NCBI GenBank assembly: GCA_964016885.1
Contig: OZ024742.1
Location: forward strand, 303,428,001 to 303,492,000
Reading direction: 5' to 3'
DNA length: 64,000 nucleotides
From: Eledone cirrhosa
Taxonomy: Eukaryota
Shown piece by piece: positions 28,013 through 41,912 of the stretch. Within the stretch, counting starts at the first letter, position 1, and the number at the start of each line of letters is the position of its first letter. The position numbers and the translations under genes were made by a program. The notes under the pieces were generated by a model, which saw only the letters and a list, made by a program, of their open reading frames with translations, had not been told where the DNA came from and did not search any database.

Positions 28013-29573
28013 TTATTAATCATGTTTGTACATATAATCAAGCTCCTATTCCGCTGAAGAATAATACAGATAAATATTGTGGACAACTGTGTGGGATGGA
28101 TGCGACATATATTATGTTAGAATATAATTGTACAATAATATTCAAAATTAAAATTAAAAGCTTTTGGTGGTGCAAATGTGACAGATAATACAAGACCGTC
28201 TAGTAAATAAAGAACGTTAAAGAGACAATACGTGAGTTAGTCATATATAAAGCAATTGAACAAGCAAAAGTATCAAGCATATATGAATGGTGGGTGTTGC
28301 ATACAAAATACAAGCACTTAAAGTGTGTTATTATATTATGTAGGTTGTAATGCGGAGATATTTTCTGTGTAGATCAAATATGTGTGTGTGTAGAATAAGA
28401 AAGTTCCAGGTTTCATATCCATTACATTTGTCACGATATATTTGTATTGAGTGTTTGATATATTTGTATAGTAATGGCTTGTAATGTAAAGTAACTTAGT
28501 GTTATTTAGTCCGCATCGTATACTACATTTGTAGAGCAGGGAGAATTTTTTACTGTTTAATATCCAGAAGTGGGAATGGAAATAAGGAGAGCTAATGCGT
28601 AAGGGAAGGTAACTAGCTCATTATAATAATAATTAAACTCATTGTTCTAGGGGACTTTATATAGTGTTATAATTGAGGGCCTAATATAGAAACTATATAT
28701 TTATATTAAATTTACATTAAGTTATCATTAGAAAGTTGCCTATCAAATATTATAAAGTTCCATAATTTAATTTCCCATACAAAGTGTTATATATTTATAT
28801 TAATTTAATCTTAGATACAGTCTACCCTCCCAAAATATATCAAAGGTTTTACTAGATTGCTGTCTACCCAATATATGGTAATCTATGTAATACCGTATAG
28901 CTATATGTATGATAAAATAGATATATCTCTAGAGTAAATAAACACATCCTTTATATACAATGTTATTAATGTTAATCCACACATTTAATTATAGATGTAT
29001 ATATAATTCATTGTTCCATATTGCATTTAAGTTAGATAAATCCCTTATGTTACTACATTAATCCTATATATACAATGATATTAATGATATTAATTTTTAC
29101 ATTTAATTGAAAATGTATATATAATTCATTGTTACGTTTAATATTTAAAGTTTATCTACATTATATTATATTTCCATCACTATATAATTATAAGTAATCT
29201 AAGTTTACTATATTAAGAGTATAGAGTCGGATGAATTGTGTAGAGGAAAGGGTGGATCAAAGAGTGTGGTGCAGTGGTGCAATGAAAGCCCTAAAGGTGA
29301 AGTGCTAAGGGGGGTGCTGAGTTCAAAACTGACATTGATATATACTAGGTTTAAAGCTTTGGAAAGAGTGTCGGAAGCGGTGCTGGGGTGCTGGCACGAT
29401 GCAAACACTTCCGATTTTTATTAAGGAGGTTAAGGTTCGAAAAGATTATAGTATGGGTCTCTAGATGACAGAGGTTACACAATTTATTAGGTGGTTTATA
29501 CGATGCTGCCCTACCTACTACTTCCCATTGAAGTGTAAATGATTTATTCCTAGTTTTCAGATAATGTATGTAG

Positions 29574-30090
29574 CTACATAGTGAAGTGGAGTTGGCTAGA
29601 TTGTACTTCCTGATTGTAGTACTGTGAATTATTGCTAAATATGGTTACGTTATAAGATAGATTAGAGATTCTGTGAGAAATTCCTTTAGTGATAGAGTTT
29701 AATATGGATCTAGGGTGGTTCGACTTGGTATCTACATAAATCAGTTTTTCGTTAGGTGTATGGTAGGGTGTATAAAATTTAGAGTCTAGGTAAAGGGTAG
29801 CATCAAGGAAGTTAATATTTTTAGTGTTTTTGTCTATGGTGATAGTTAAGTTATAATTTTTTAATGTTTTATGTAACAGTTTCCTTGTTCTTTCTATATT
29901 AAATTTGTTATAGTCGATAAGGAGTAGTGCATCATCGCGGTATAAACCACCGTTGAGGTATGGTAGGTCCTTATGAATTTCATTTAGTAAATATAGGCCC
30001 ACCAAATCAGTGACCTGCGCCGAGTCACTAGACCCCATAGTTAATTCAAAGTTGTTGTGCGTTTCCTTGCGAGTCCATAACTGATCCTCA
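29574..30090 (-). pseudogene. PLE reverse transcriptase core/thumb fragment
   Basis: FELTMGSSDSAQVTDLVGLYLL, GGLYRDDAL, INFLDATL, YVDTKSNHPRSI. Homologous to 50756-51460. Confidence 0.88.
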
Positions 30091-30117
30091 ATTATATGTA
30101 CAAACATGATTAATAAT

Positions 30118-30304
30118 TGTTTCTACTTTAGGTACAAGGCCAGCAATTACCCAGTGCATTACTGGTACTTTATTTTATCGACCCCGTAAGGATGAAAGGC
30201 AAAGTCAACCTCGGCGGGATTTGAACTCAGATCGTAAAGGGACGTAACTATGCTGGAAAGCATGGCGTCCAACCCTCTACCGATACTGCCAATCCACCGC
30301 CCTA
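30118..30304 (-). mobile_element. Family A SINE inserted in the inverted pLTR, 18-bp TSD
   Basis: TSD ACAAACATGATTAATAAT at 30100-30117 and 30305-30322. Confidence 0.9.
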
Positions 30305-30321
30305 ACAAACATGATTAATAA

Positions 30322-30368
30322 TGGTCCGAAGAATTCAAGCCTAGGCTTGGAAGAAACAATTGTCAGCA
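30322..30368 (+). ncRNA. Hammerhead variant with CCGAAGA core in the inverted pLTR
   Basis: TGGT-CCGAAGA-ATTCAAGC ctag GCTTGGAA-GAAAC-AATT-GTC-AGCA. Confidence 0.65.
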
Positions 30369-30399
30369 ATTAAATGTTCTAACAGCTTTTATTCATGTG

Positions 30400-30680
<281 letters not shown>

Positions 30681-30687
30681 TAGTGAA

Positions 30688-31078
30688 GGCACATGGCTTA
30701 GTGGTTAGAGCATTGGGCTTGCAATCGAAAGGTTGTGAGTTCAATTCTCGGACCGAGTGATGTGTTGTTTCCTTGAACAAGACACTTTATTTCACGTTGC
30801 TCCAGTTTACTCGGCTGAAAATGAGTACCAGCAATAGCTGGAGGTTTAACCCTGCAATGGACTAGCGTCCTGTCCAGGGGGGGGGGGAGTCTTGTGCTCT
30901 CAGTCGCTTCACGCCATTTAAGTCGGGATAAGCACCGGCCAAATGCGCCTTCCGGCTTAAGACAGACTTTAGACTAACGGCCTGCCCGCCCAGCCAGTGG
31001 GATGGCTTCATCGTATGGCTAAAACAGCACGTGCTATTTTAGCTATACGATACCATACGTACTGGTTGGTCAAGGTGA
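30688..31078 (+). mobile_element. tRNA-derived CORE-type SINE (family B)
   Basis: A-box TGGCTTAGTGG, B-box GAGTTCAATTC, CORE-like TCCTTGAACAAGACACTT. A reverse 5' fragment lies at 32273-32378. Confidence 0.8.
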
Positions 31079-31089
31079 TATATATATAT

Positions 31090-31301
31090 ATATTAAAATA
31101 ACAGATTGAAGTTTAAGCAAAGAATCGCTGCTTTTACCTTCTGGGGTTCAGAAGATCCCGTTAAGAGTGAAAGCAGCGATTCTTTGCTTAAACTTTAATA
31201 TGTTATTTTAATAAATATTTGCCCTATGGTTTTTATATATTTAGTATATGTTTATCCTTATCGATCCTTCTACGTATTTTAGTCTTCACATTTATTATTA
31301 T

Positions 31302-31306
<5 letters not shown>
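31090..31306 (+). mobile_element. Solo pLTR fragment with 5' inversion, same family as the PLE at 49203-53155
   Basis: GAAGATCCCGTTAAG..GAAAGCAGCGATTCTTTGCTTAAACTTTAAT.. is the reverse complement of 49203-49360. 31091-31138 is its inverted copy. (TA)n flanks. Confidence 0.85.
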
Positions 31307-31371
<65 letters not shown>

Positions 31372-31639
31372 ATATGTATGTATATATGTATGTATATATA
31401 TATGTATGGAGAGATGAACCCTTAGCCTTTGTCAAGGCAGAATTCTAGGAGAAGGAAAACTCTGATATAACACCTGCAACCCTGATGGTATCCAATGATG
31501 TTGACTTGTTCTTCTTTTTGGTAAATATCATCTTGGTTAAGAGAGTGGGACTGGCTTTGTGCACTGCCTTTGCTCACTATAAAAGCTTAACGGCACAGAG
31601 ATCTCTCTGCACTTGTCGTCACATGGTACCATGGGCCCA

Positions 31640-31796
31640 GCACTATGTGTCAATAATTGTCACAAGTGTAGTGTTTGTACCAGAGTTTTCAAGTCGCTGG
31701 CTGGATTAAAAAGTCACACTCGTTCAGCGCATCGGTAGGGGTTCTACATGGATATAAAGTAGTGGCCGTACTCGAAAACGAGTTGGCAGCCACCAT
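31640..31796 (+). mobile_element. RTE-clade LINE 3' end (terminal C2H2 finger and 3' UTR hairpin)
   Basis: 31661-31738 translates HKCSVCTRVFKSLAGLKSHTRSAHR*. Then a CTCG-AAAA-CGAG hairpin and a microsatellite tail. Confidence 0.65.
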
Positions 31797-32272
31797 ATAT
31801 ATATGTATGTATATATGTATGTATATATGTATGTATGTATGCATGTACGTATATATATTGGTGGACGCATGTTGACTATGTGTGTGTATATGAGCATATG
31901 AGATAGAATGTATTAACTGAATGAAATCAATTATTGATCTCTGTCCCTGGTTCCCCTTATACTGTGTCTATTCATGGATATCTGTGCTGGAAGAAGATGT
32001 TGATAATAGTGAATCCATTGCTAGAGCAGTGTTTAATAAAGCTCCCTCCATTCATATTTAGATCGGGATCGCTATCTTTAGGTATTCGTGCCAGTCCTAA
32101 CCTATGTTCATGAGCCTTCGCTGATCACCGATCAGCGAAGTGTATGATAGTGTTTGTGTGTGTTACAGCTCACACCTATGCAGGTTTAGCTGCCCTCCTG
32201 TAAGGTATATCTCGTTGGAAGTATCTTGGGTGATTTAATGATAGGGACTCCAGTCCTATCATCTCATAACGT

Positions 32273-32378
32273 AAAGTGTCTTGCTCAAGGAAACGACACA
32301 CACCCGGTCCGACAATTTAACTAACAACCTTTCAATTGCAAGCCCAATGCTCTAATAACTAAGCCATGCGCCTTAACT
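32273..32378 (-). mobile_element. 5' fragment of a family B SINE
   Basis: Reverse complement of 30684-30790. Confidence 0.75.
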
Positions 32379-32816
32379 AGGTATACATGATAGAGTTATC
32401 TATGTAGCTGTGTTCAGTCCCTCTTTATTATGTGAAAATGATTTCAATTGTTCCAATTAAGAAACAAATACATAACGGTTTGATGTTGTCGGAGATATCT
32501 TTGTCACACTAGGGGTATAACAAATATTCAAAAGTCATCTTCTGTCTGAAATGAATTTTAAAGTCACTATGTTCGATATATTTTTACATTTTTTAGGCAT
32601 TATACTACGGGAATAGAGCTGCATTGTCTTGATCTAGTTGCATATGTCAACTCAGGAAAATTCGTGTCATAAGCACAAACGAAGTCAGACACACACAAAT
32701 AAACACAGACATTCATAAACGTATAAAAATATTTCACGAATAGCAAAATAGATGAATTGTGACTTGTCAAACTGGGCGTTATTCAAAATACGATCTATTA
32801 TGTTTGACGAATAAAC

Positions 32817-33080
32817 CTTCTTCTTCTTCTTCTTCTTCTTCTTCTTCTTCTTCTTCTTCTTCTTCTTCTTCTTCTTCTTCTTCTTCTTCTTCTTCTTCTT
32901 CTTCTTCTTGGAAGGTAACCGCTTCCAACTGATCCAGCTAGATCCGCAAGTGAGATCAGCCCAGTTCAAGGATATTACCCAAGCATCTTGCTCGGAGCCT
33001 ACCCCTGGCTCTCCTGCCAGTTGATTTTGCGCGTAAAACCTGTCAAGCGATTCTTTCCTGAGACATTCTAACACATTCAG
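32817..33080 (-). mobile_element. RTE-like LINE 3' fragment running into an (AAG)n tract (32817-32909)
   Basis: Minus frame RIA*QVLRAKSTGRRARGRLRARC resembles the RTE C-terminal GxRxRGRPRxRW motif. Confidence 0.55.
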
Positions 33081-33521
33081 AGAAATAGTGGGTCTTCAGA
33101 GAAATAGTGGGTCTACCCCATTTCTGACGCATGTATTCATGATCGAATTCTTTCGGTGATTAGCCAAGGCTCATGAACGTAGGTTAGGGCTGGCACGAAT
33201 ACCTGAAGATAGCGATCCCAATCTAAATACGAATGGAGGGGCCTTATTAAACGTCTACTCTAGCAATGGATTCACTATTATCAACATATTCTTCCAGTAC
33301 ATATATCCATGAATAGACACAGTATAAGGGGAATCAGGGACAGAGATCAATAATTGATTTCGTTCAGTTAATACATTCTACCTCATATGCTCATATACAT
33401 ACACATAGTCAACATGTGCCCACCAATATATATATATATATATATATATACGTACGCACACGCGCACACACACACACATATATACATATATGTATATATA
33501 TATATATATAGAGAGAGCCAT

Positions 33522-33600
<79 letters not shown>

Positions 33601-34655
33601 GAAGCAATTTAAGAGAGAATCGCAGAGAAAAGCATGACCGAAAGTATGTATATACTTAAGTTAGGAAGGGTATAGGAAATTAGAGGAGAAAAACTCTTTT
33701 AGCATACACCTGACATTGTCCTTCTGGTTCTGATCTGAACTTTCACGATTTTCCGGAACCGAATTACTTTATTAATCTTATCACACTCAATTGAACATTT
33801 TATTATTTTATTAATCTTTTTTTAACACAAATTGTGCTTTCAAAAATGCGCATAATGTTTAGTTTTTTTCTTTCTCTTGCCATCTATCATTGCATGTTCT
33901 TTCTTGTCAAATCCAATAAAATCAATCTTGAGCTGTAATACTGTTTCTATACTGATAAAAAATATGACGACGTCGAGAAATAGATTGAGGAGGGTAAAGT
34001 CATGAAGAAAAACGAAATGGCGTATTAGAGAGCAAGAAATATGGAGATAATCTTTTAACTAATTTCCGTTATGAGTTGACAGCGTTTTTTTTTTAACGAT
34101 GTGTGTGTCTTAGCATTCGTGATATACTTTTTAAGCCGTAGGCAGACATTTTTCAGACTGTCAAATGATTCTATTTTTTTTCTTCTTGTCTTGTGACAGG
34201 CAGTCATCATGGAAATACAGTTTTTCTTTTAGTCATGAATTCTGATTGATTTGTATGTTTTTTTTAAGGTGGTTTGCATACCGAAGTAGAGTGAATAGTT
34301 TTTTTTAAGTAGCGAACACGGGTCGTTTATTCGTAACACCCAAGTACTTGGTAATGGCATTTTTAAAAACTTGTATTGTTCATATAAATGATCTACTACA
34401 TATTTGCACTACTTATCGCTAATGGTGTCATGTAAATTATACGAATTCGGAGTTCCAGTGATCAATGTCTTGTTCAACTATCAACCATTATCTAAACTGT
34501 TTAGTCTTGTTTGTGTTGGCCATTGCCAACATATTATATATCACTAAACAACATTTTAATGTATATATAATATAAAATAGAGATGATTATTGGCTGGTTG
34601 GTTGGTTGAATCACACGAAAAGTACACACGCACACAAATAAATACGCACACATCT

Positions 34656-34726
<71 letters not shown>

Positions 34727-35092
34727 GGCTGTTAAACAGAGAGAGATACAATTAAAGTTTTAGATATTCAGAAAGAGAGAGAGGGGAGAGACGGATATAT
34801 ATATATATATATATATGTTGGAAATAACTCGTGACAACTAAGTGTTCGCTGGCTGCCTTCTTAGCGGTCGCATTTAGCTTGTCCACTCCGATTTATGGCA
34901 GAACAGAATCCCTGTTGATGAAATGAATCCTCTCTTCGATCATGGAACACCACAAGCGTGCCTGTTACGTATGTTGGATAACTGATTTCGGATTCATAGA
35001 AACAGTTTAAACGTATATCGTTTGATTTGTCCAGATGTATCTTTTTAACCTGTTAGTTCTTTCGTTACTTTGGTATTGTGTGGTTGTGTTTT

Positions 35093-35430
35093 GCCTACCG
35101 CAATGTTCAATTTGTCAAGATATTTAAACGTATGTTATTACTCTAAGGACCCGAGGTTATACGCCGAGGTTAACTTTGCCTTTCATCCTTCCGGGGTCGA
35201 TAAAATAAAGTACCAGTAAGGCATTGAGTAATTGCTGGCCTTGTGTCAAAAGTAGAAACAGTTATTACTCTACCCTTATTGAGTTCTTTGAAACAGTTAT
35301 TACTCTACCCTTATTGAGTTCTTTGAAACAGTTATTACCTCTACCCTTATTGAGTTCTTTGCTAACTCATTCCTATTGTAGGTCAACTTTGCTTGCCCAC
35401 AGCCAAAGCTTCGATTTTACTAAGCTTCCA

Positions 35431-35433
<3 letters not shown>
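35093..35433 (+). repeat. Repeat whose inverted partner is 37856-38008; interrupted by a family A SINE fragment (35151-35263) and a ~30-bp triplication
   Basis: GCCTACCGCAAT..CACAGCCAAAGCTTCGATTTTACTAAGCTTCCACTT has its reverse complement at 37856-38008. CTACCCTTATTGAGTTCTTTG occurs three times. Confidence 0.8.
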
Positions 35434-35486
<53 letters not shown>

Positions 35487-35699
35487 TATAGAAAGAGCGA
35501 GAGAGAGACGTCCTACAGAAGTCTAGATTCGACTAAAACTATAGATCAAAGTATCAGTTGAAGGTTTAACAATGTTGTGTCAGCTTTTATAAAGTCGTTT
35601 TAAAGTCTTTGATTTTACGAACAAAGAAAAATTGATACTATTTGAATTTTAATCTACCCTCCAACTTTTATCCATATACTACTTACAGACCGTACTAAC

Positions 35700-35910
35700 G
35701 AAGCTAAAGCCTTCAGATCCAATGTTATGCGCCGTATTGCTGCGTTTCAGATCACGTCATTTGGAGCTGAACAAGATCATACTGACTATGATTATTTCAC
35801 ATTTAAAATCCAAGGCCAATGCTACTATTTATCGGCAATTTACTCCCCCAGCCCAAGAAGGAAGTTTTATGATTGTTTTTTCATGGATCTCTCTCACACA
35901 CACACACACA

Positions 35911-35991
<81 letters not shown>

Positions 35992-36095
35992 TACCGTCTC
36001 ACCTCATACCATACTTCACATCCAATACAGTCGTTTTCTCTTTTATCTGTCTTCTCTCAACTGTTCTCCCGGGCGAAGCCGGGTCCCTCAGCTAA
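35700..36095 (+). mobile_element. Non-autonomous Helitron remnant: Rep N-terminal fragment, (CA)n and 3' hairpin terminus
   Basis: ORF 35727 reads RRIAAFQITSFGA..FTFKIQGQCY, matching the Helitron FQMTSFGA..FKIQGQxYH motif. 3' CCCGG-GCGAAG-CCGGG hairpin, then CTAA|T (CTRR). Confidence 0.75.
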
Positions 36096-37540
36096 TAAAT
36101 ATATGAATAAAAAGATTAAAATTTTAAATGAAATATATTTTATAATTTTATGTTATAATATTATATTGAATATTATAGGTATAATTCGATGTATATTATT
36201 TATAACTGTCTTACTTCTTGGTCTAGAGGCTACAATGATTTGTGGAATGAATCCTTGTCGTATTTCTTAGTGTATTTAGCTGCAGATTCAGTTATCAGAT
36301 TATGTAAAAATGTTCGGTTACATGAACAATTTTCAATTCTACTGGACCTATTTAAACTATGAATCTGATTAAGAACAATGTCCGATAGCATATTTGTAAG
36401 ATATTTCGATTAAGCGAACTCATCTTTCAGTGCTAATCTCAATTCAGCTTGAAATTTTTAATTCATATGTAATGCAGAACACCATATGTAATAACAAACA
36501 TTATGTTCCGACTGTTGTTTTTTATAATGGAAAAGATAAATTACACACTTTCATTATAGCGTGTTGGCTATGATTTATCTAACATGGAAAATTTGAACAT
36601 TTCATGCTCAGGTTTCTTACCACAGTTTTAGAGAGATGTACTAAAGAAAGTGATTAGAAAGGTGTAATCTCATATTACTGGCGTATTGCCCTTGTTTTCT
36701 AGCGGTGGCCATATTGTAAACATTTCATTTGGGCGAAAATATTCTAATGCAGTCACCAATAAAAAAAATTCCTAACACCCTAACTTTCTTACTTATAAGT
36801 AATAACCAATATATACATGGATTGAATATTTCGCACATGTTCACTCAAAATATACTTCGGGATATATTGTATATACATATGTCTTTTAATGAGAAAGATT
36901 TTACTTAAATATAAATAAATTGATTTGTACGATAAACGAGATTTGTCCTTTAAATAATTTAGGATATCATTTCAATAAATTCCAAACTGAAGAATATGAT
37001 TTTGTCCGAGTGATTATTGTTAGTCCCGAAGTTTTGGGGAAAATTCCAAAGGACAACCTGACTTTTATCTGTCGTAATACTCATTTCGTATCAAATATAA
37101 ATCAAACTTCGCAAGGGATATATCACATAATAAAAGTCTCTAGATATTACCGAAACAATATTTACAAAATAAATTTTATCATGCACTTATTAAAATAGTA
37201 GATTTGACAAAGGGGAATTATATTAGGAAAATCTCTTATTTTATGAGAATATCGGAATGCAATCACAGCTATGTGATAATTAATAGCAAATCATCCAACG
37301 TTGTACGTTCCACATTTGTAACAAGTAATCATGGACACAACACAGTTAGCTGGAATGAAAAATGCCGGGATTATGTTTCTTGGGGCCCGTTGAACACCAT
37401 TGGATTACTTATTGTCGTTTGTCTTAAATCCATTTATAAATTATTGCCTGCATCTTGGCCATAATGAACAGCATATGATCGATAGGCTTAGAAATATCCC
37501 AGTTGATGTGACTTTAGGCTTGATATATATCAGAAGAGTA

Positions 37541-37621
<81 letters not shown>

Positions 37622-38004
37622 AAAGAATAGAGGTGTAACACACGAGCTGTGATATATTGGTAAAAGGAAAAGAAAATGCTGACAAATTGTTCCCAGTGAA
37701 AAATAGTTTAATTAGGAATAAGTAAAAATTAGTAATAGTATTGGTTAGTATTCAGTTTTGGTTTTAAGTTTTTACCGGGTGCGCATTTCTAATGCTTTTC
37801 AAAAATAATTTTGAAAGAATAATATTATTTACAATATATATATATATACATATACAAGTGGAAGCTTAGTAAAATCGAAGCTTTGGCTGTGGCCAAGCAA
37901 AGTCGACCTACAATAAGGAATGAGTTAGCAAAGCAATCAATAAGGGTAGGTCCTTAGAATAATAACACACGTTTAAATAGCTTGACAAATTGAAAATTGC
38001 GGTA

Positions 38005-38051
<47 letters not shown>

Positions 38052-38244
38052 CATACATATATATATTCATATATACATAATTAATTATATTGCGTATATA
38101 TATTATATTTCATTTAGATATGTAAGATTGTATTGGTCTTCTCCTATTTCTGATTTAATATCAACTAATATTAATAAGTTTCTGCTACATAAAAGTAACT
38201 TTTAGTGAATGTTCAGATGATCTCTGCTTGTTTGATTCTAGACT

Positions 38245-38570
38245 TAGCATGATCTTAGTTTATAAGAGGTTTTCTGCGCACTCATAAGGTCTCGGTTTCG
38301 ATCACACTGCGTGGTATCTGGGACAATGTTCATAGCTTCGGATGAACCCATACCTTATTTGTGAAATTTGATACAGGTAAACTATTTGGAAACCCGTCGA
38401 ATCGACTACGCATATAATTCAAAAGGCCACATTGAAACTCCCTACGAATTGCGTTAAGAGTATATGTGCCCGTGAAATTCTCCGCCATTTACCCCTTAAT
38501 TTCATGTGCAGGCTGTAAAGCTGATTAATCATCTAGAATACCCCTAGTCAAAACCGTGGGAGGTCACTAG
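38245..38570 (+). mobile_element. Degenerate CORE-like SINE
   Basis: tRNA-like head (GGTTTCGATC) and a body similar to the reverse of 21185-21525. Confidence 0.5.
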
Positions 38571-38802
38571 AAGTTGTTTGATATCGAATAAAAGTTTTAA
38601 GTGTTCCATGTCAATTGATATTATGTAATCGAGAAGTAATTCAAGAGTATTTGAATCAATATATGCCAGAATCAAATCCATTTGTATCTTAATTATTCAA
38701 TAAAACGTAGACCTGCCAACCCCTAAAGACCTAAACGGAGATTACCATGAAAAAGCGTACCTCAAAACGGGGAGAACTAAATGAAAATAGGGTGATTTTA
38801 CA

Positions 38803-38977
38803 TAATTGTTTCTACTTTAGGCACAAGGCCAGCAATTACCCAGTGCATTACTGCTACTTTATTTTATCGACCCCGTAAGGATGAAAGGCAAAGTCAACCT
38901 CGGCGGGATTTGAAGTCAGATCGTAAAGGGACGTAACTATGCTGAAAAGCATGGCGTCCGACCCTCTACCGATACTG
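38803..38977 (-). mobile_element. Family A SINE
   Basis: Near-identical to 30118-30290. Confidence 0.88.
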
Positions 38978-39552
38978 AATGAAAGCTATACACATTTTCA
39001 CAATCGGTGAAATCTCTCACCCACCCCAAAGTGGGTGGGAGATCTCCCCGTCGTACGGGGAAATTTAACAGTTCTGAAAAGTAGTTTTGGTCCCTATTAC
39101 ATATAAGTATACATTTGTATCATATAATATAAGGTTTTTTATGATTTCTGTTTCATCAAATCTTAATTGTTGACTGATTATTCCTGTGTTATTTCTAGTT
39201 CATTTAATCACTCATATATATTTCTATCTCAGTTTATTCCATTCTTTTTCTTTCAAAATTTCTTTCATTTTCTTCTATATATTGTTTTTTCATTCCCTCT
39301 TTCTATCTCTGTTTCCAATCACTTCTATTCAAACTTACTTTCTATTTGTCTCCTTTCAATTTCTTTCTTCAAATTGTCATCTCTTCTTCCATTGCTAAGA
39401 CTTTTGAACATTCCACATTTTCTCGAACCTTTCAATTCCTTATAATTTCCATGATTCCTAAATTTACAGCCTTACAATTTACCCAGTTACTTTATATATG
39501 CGTCAATGCGTCATGTGACTTTCTTCCCAAAATGTTGCCTTTTCTCTCTCAC

Positions 39553-39627
<75 letters not shown>

Positions 39628-40566
39628 CTTTATTATAATATGACATTTATCGTACAATTTATCTAATACACATTATCTCCAACTCTAAGTCATTTTCTCA
39701 AACAAACTTTCTGTCTCAATCACACAGCAACGTGCACACGCAAACTCATATATAGCACGCACGCACAGACACACACAACAATACATACATACATACAAAC
39801 ATACATACATACATACATACATACATACATACATACATACATACAGGTGCACACATCAACACAAAGATGCACACATTCATTTATACGGAAGTACAAAACT
39901 ACGCCATATTTTATGTTCACCACACCATCCTGAAAATGAAACCTTTCCAAGAGAACTTGCTGTTATCTATGCAAAATATCTAAAATACATCAGAAAATTG
40001 AAAAATCTCAACATCCTTCATATTTCATCAAGTGATTTAACTTCCGTTTTCTTCAAGGGAAGTTTAACATTGAAGATAAGAAGAAGCGGATTTGGGAGTG
40101 AACAGGAAGTTCTACACCTGCAACCACTGATTCTCTGTCAACATTATTAATATCGACCCATACCTAAATTCCAACGTTTCAGTTACGTCAGCAAAAACAT
40201 TATCAATTTCATCTGAGTCTCTGTCTAATGGCTGTTATCATTAAATATCGTCATTAGAGAATTTCGGTTTCTTTCCATTCGCTTTTGTAAATTGCATCGC
40301 ATCTTCTCTGATTTTTCTCCCTCTCTTTATCTCTATATCTCTTTCTCTATGTTTGTCTGTACGTCTGTTTTTGTGTATCTGCATTTTCTTCCCTCATCTC
40401 TCTCTGCATTTCTGTGTCTCTCTCTGTCCCCCTCTCTATCTGTGTCTCTCTGTGTCTCTGGGACTCTGTCTGTCCCTATCTCTCTCTATGACACTGTATA
40501 TCTGACTGACTGACTTTCTGTCTCTCTCTCTATGTCGCTGTATCTCTGACTGACTGACTGTCTGCA

Positions 40567-40597
<31 letters not shown>

Positions 40598-41001
40598 AAT
40601 CCATCTCTCTCCCTCTATCTATCTATCTATCTCGTTTTACTGCATGTTTGGACGTCTGCCTGACTATGTGTCTCTGCTACTCCACCAGTTTCCCCATGCC
40701 TCTTATTCTAACACTTTATCATTATCTGTATTGTCTGTCATATACATCCCCTCTCTCTTTCATTTTGTATTTCTCTAAACTTCAATATTTTCAACGATAT
40801 TCGTTCTTTTTCTGTGCTCGTTCATGTGTGTGCATGTACATCACACATTCTGCCACACTCTTCCTTTGTCAATTTTTCTGTCACCGTCGCCCTTTAATCT
40901 CCCCCATATCTCTCTAAATCCTTCTCTCTTTCTTTCTCGCTCCCCCTCTCTCTTTCTCTCTCTGTACATATATATATATATATAGAAAGATATATGTGTG
41001 C

Positions 41002-41079
<78 letters not shown>

Positions 41080-41225
41080 TTTTGAGTTTATGTTGGTTGT
41101 ATACCAACACCTCAGTATGCAGGCTGGAGCACTCGACGAAGTGCGCAGGTTGGTTTGGTTACTCCGGAGTAGTGTAAAATAAAGTTAAATAAAAGTCAAA
41201 TGATTAAAATTTAGCTTCGTTTATT

Positions 41226-41280
41226 ACTGCTATATATATTTCAGTGACAGCCATCTTTGGCTGTGACCTCTTCAGGCAGT
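41226..41280 (-). ncRNA. Type I hammerhead ribozyme (inverted copy)
   Basis: Reverse complement of 41457-41511. Confidence 0.8.
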
Positions 41281-41456
41281 TTGAATTAGTATGGTATAGA
41301 CAAGTACATATGTTGTTTAGGTGTATGATAACTGGAGTCATATGACTCCAGTTCCCCAGTGAATTAACAACCCAACAAGGAACTGGGCATATCAGAGTAT
41401 TGACAATATCATACACCTAAACAACATATGTACTTGTCTATACCATACTAATTCAA

Positions 41457-41511
41457 ACTGCCTGAAGAGGTCACAGCCAAAGATGGCTGTCACTGAAATA
41501 TATATAGCAGT
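41457..41511 (+). ncRNA. Type I hammerhead ribozyme
   Basis: ACTGC-CTGAAGA-GGTCACAGCC aaagat GGCTGTCACT-GAAA-TATATATA-GCAGT. Confidence 0.82.
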
Positions 41512-41555
41512 AATAAACGAAGCTAAATTTTAATCATTTGACTTTTATTTAACTT

Positions 41556-41912
<357 letters not shown>

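Larger units (their letters stand above)
31855..33430. repeat. Diverged inverted repeat, arms ~31855-32130 and ~33154-33430
   Basis: ATATTGGTGGACGCATGTTGACTATGTG..TTCATGAGCCTT versus AAGGCTCATGAA..CACATAGTCAACATGTGCCCACCAATAT. Both outer ends abut TA-rich tracts. Confidence 0.85.

Noticed and set aside
31661-31738. C2H2 zinc-finger host gene exon
   Set aside because: A single finger followed by a stop, hairpin and microsatellite is typical of an RTE LINE 3' end. No TGEKP linkers.
38708-39077. Possible MITE (AGACCTGCCAAC start, internal hairpins) around the SINE at 38803
   Set aside because: The right terminal repeat is too degenerate to support a call.
40160-40230. Possible minus-strand exon (DRDSDEIDNVFADVTETLEF followed by GTATG)
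   Set aside because: No polypyrimidine acceptor, no recognisable homology and no partner exons.
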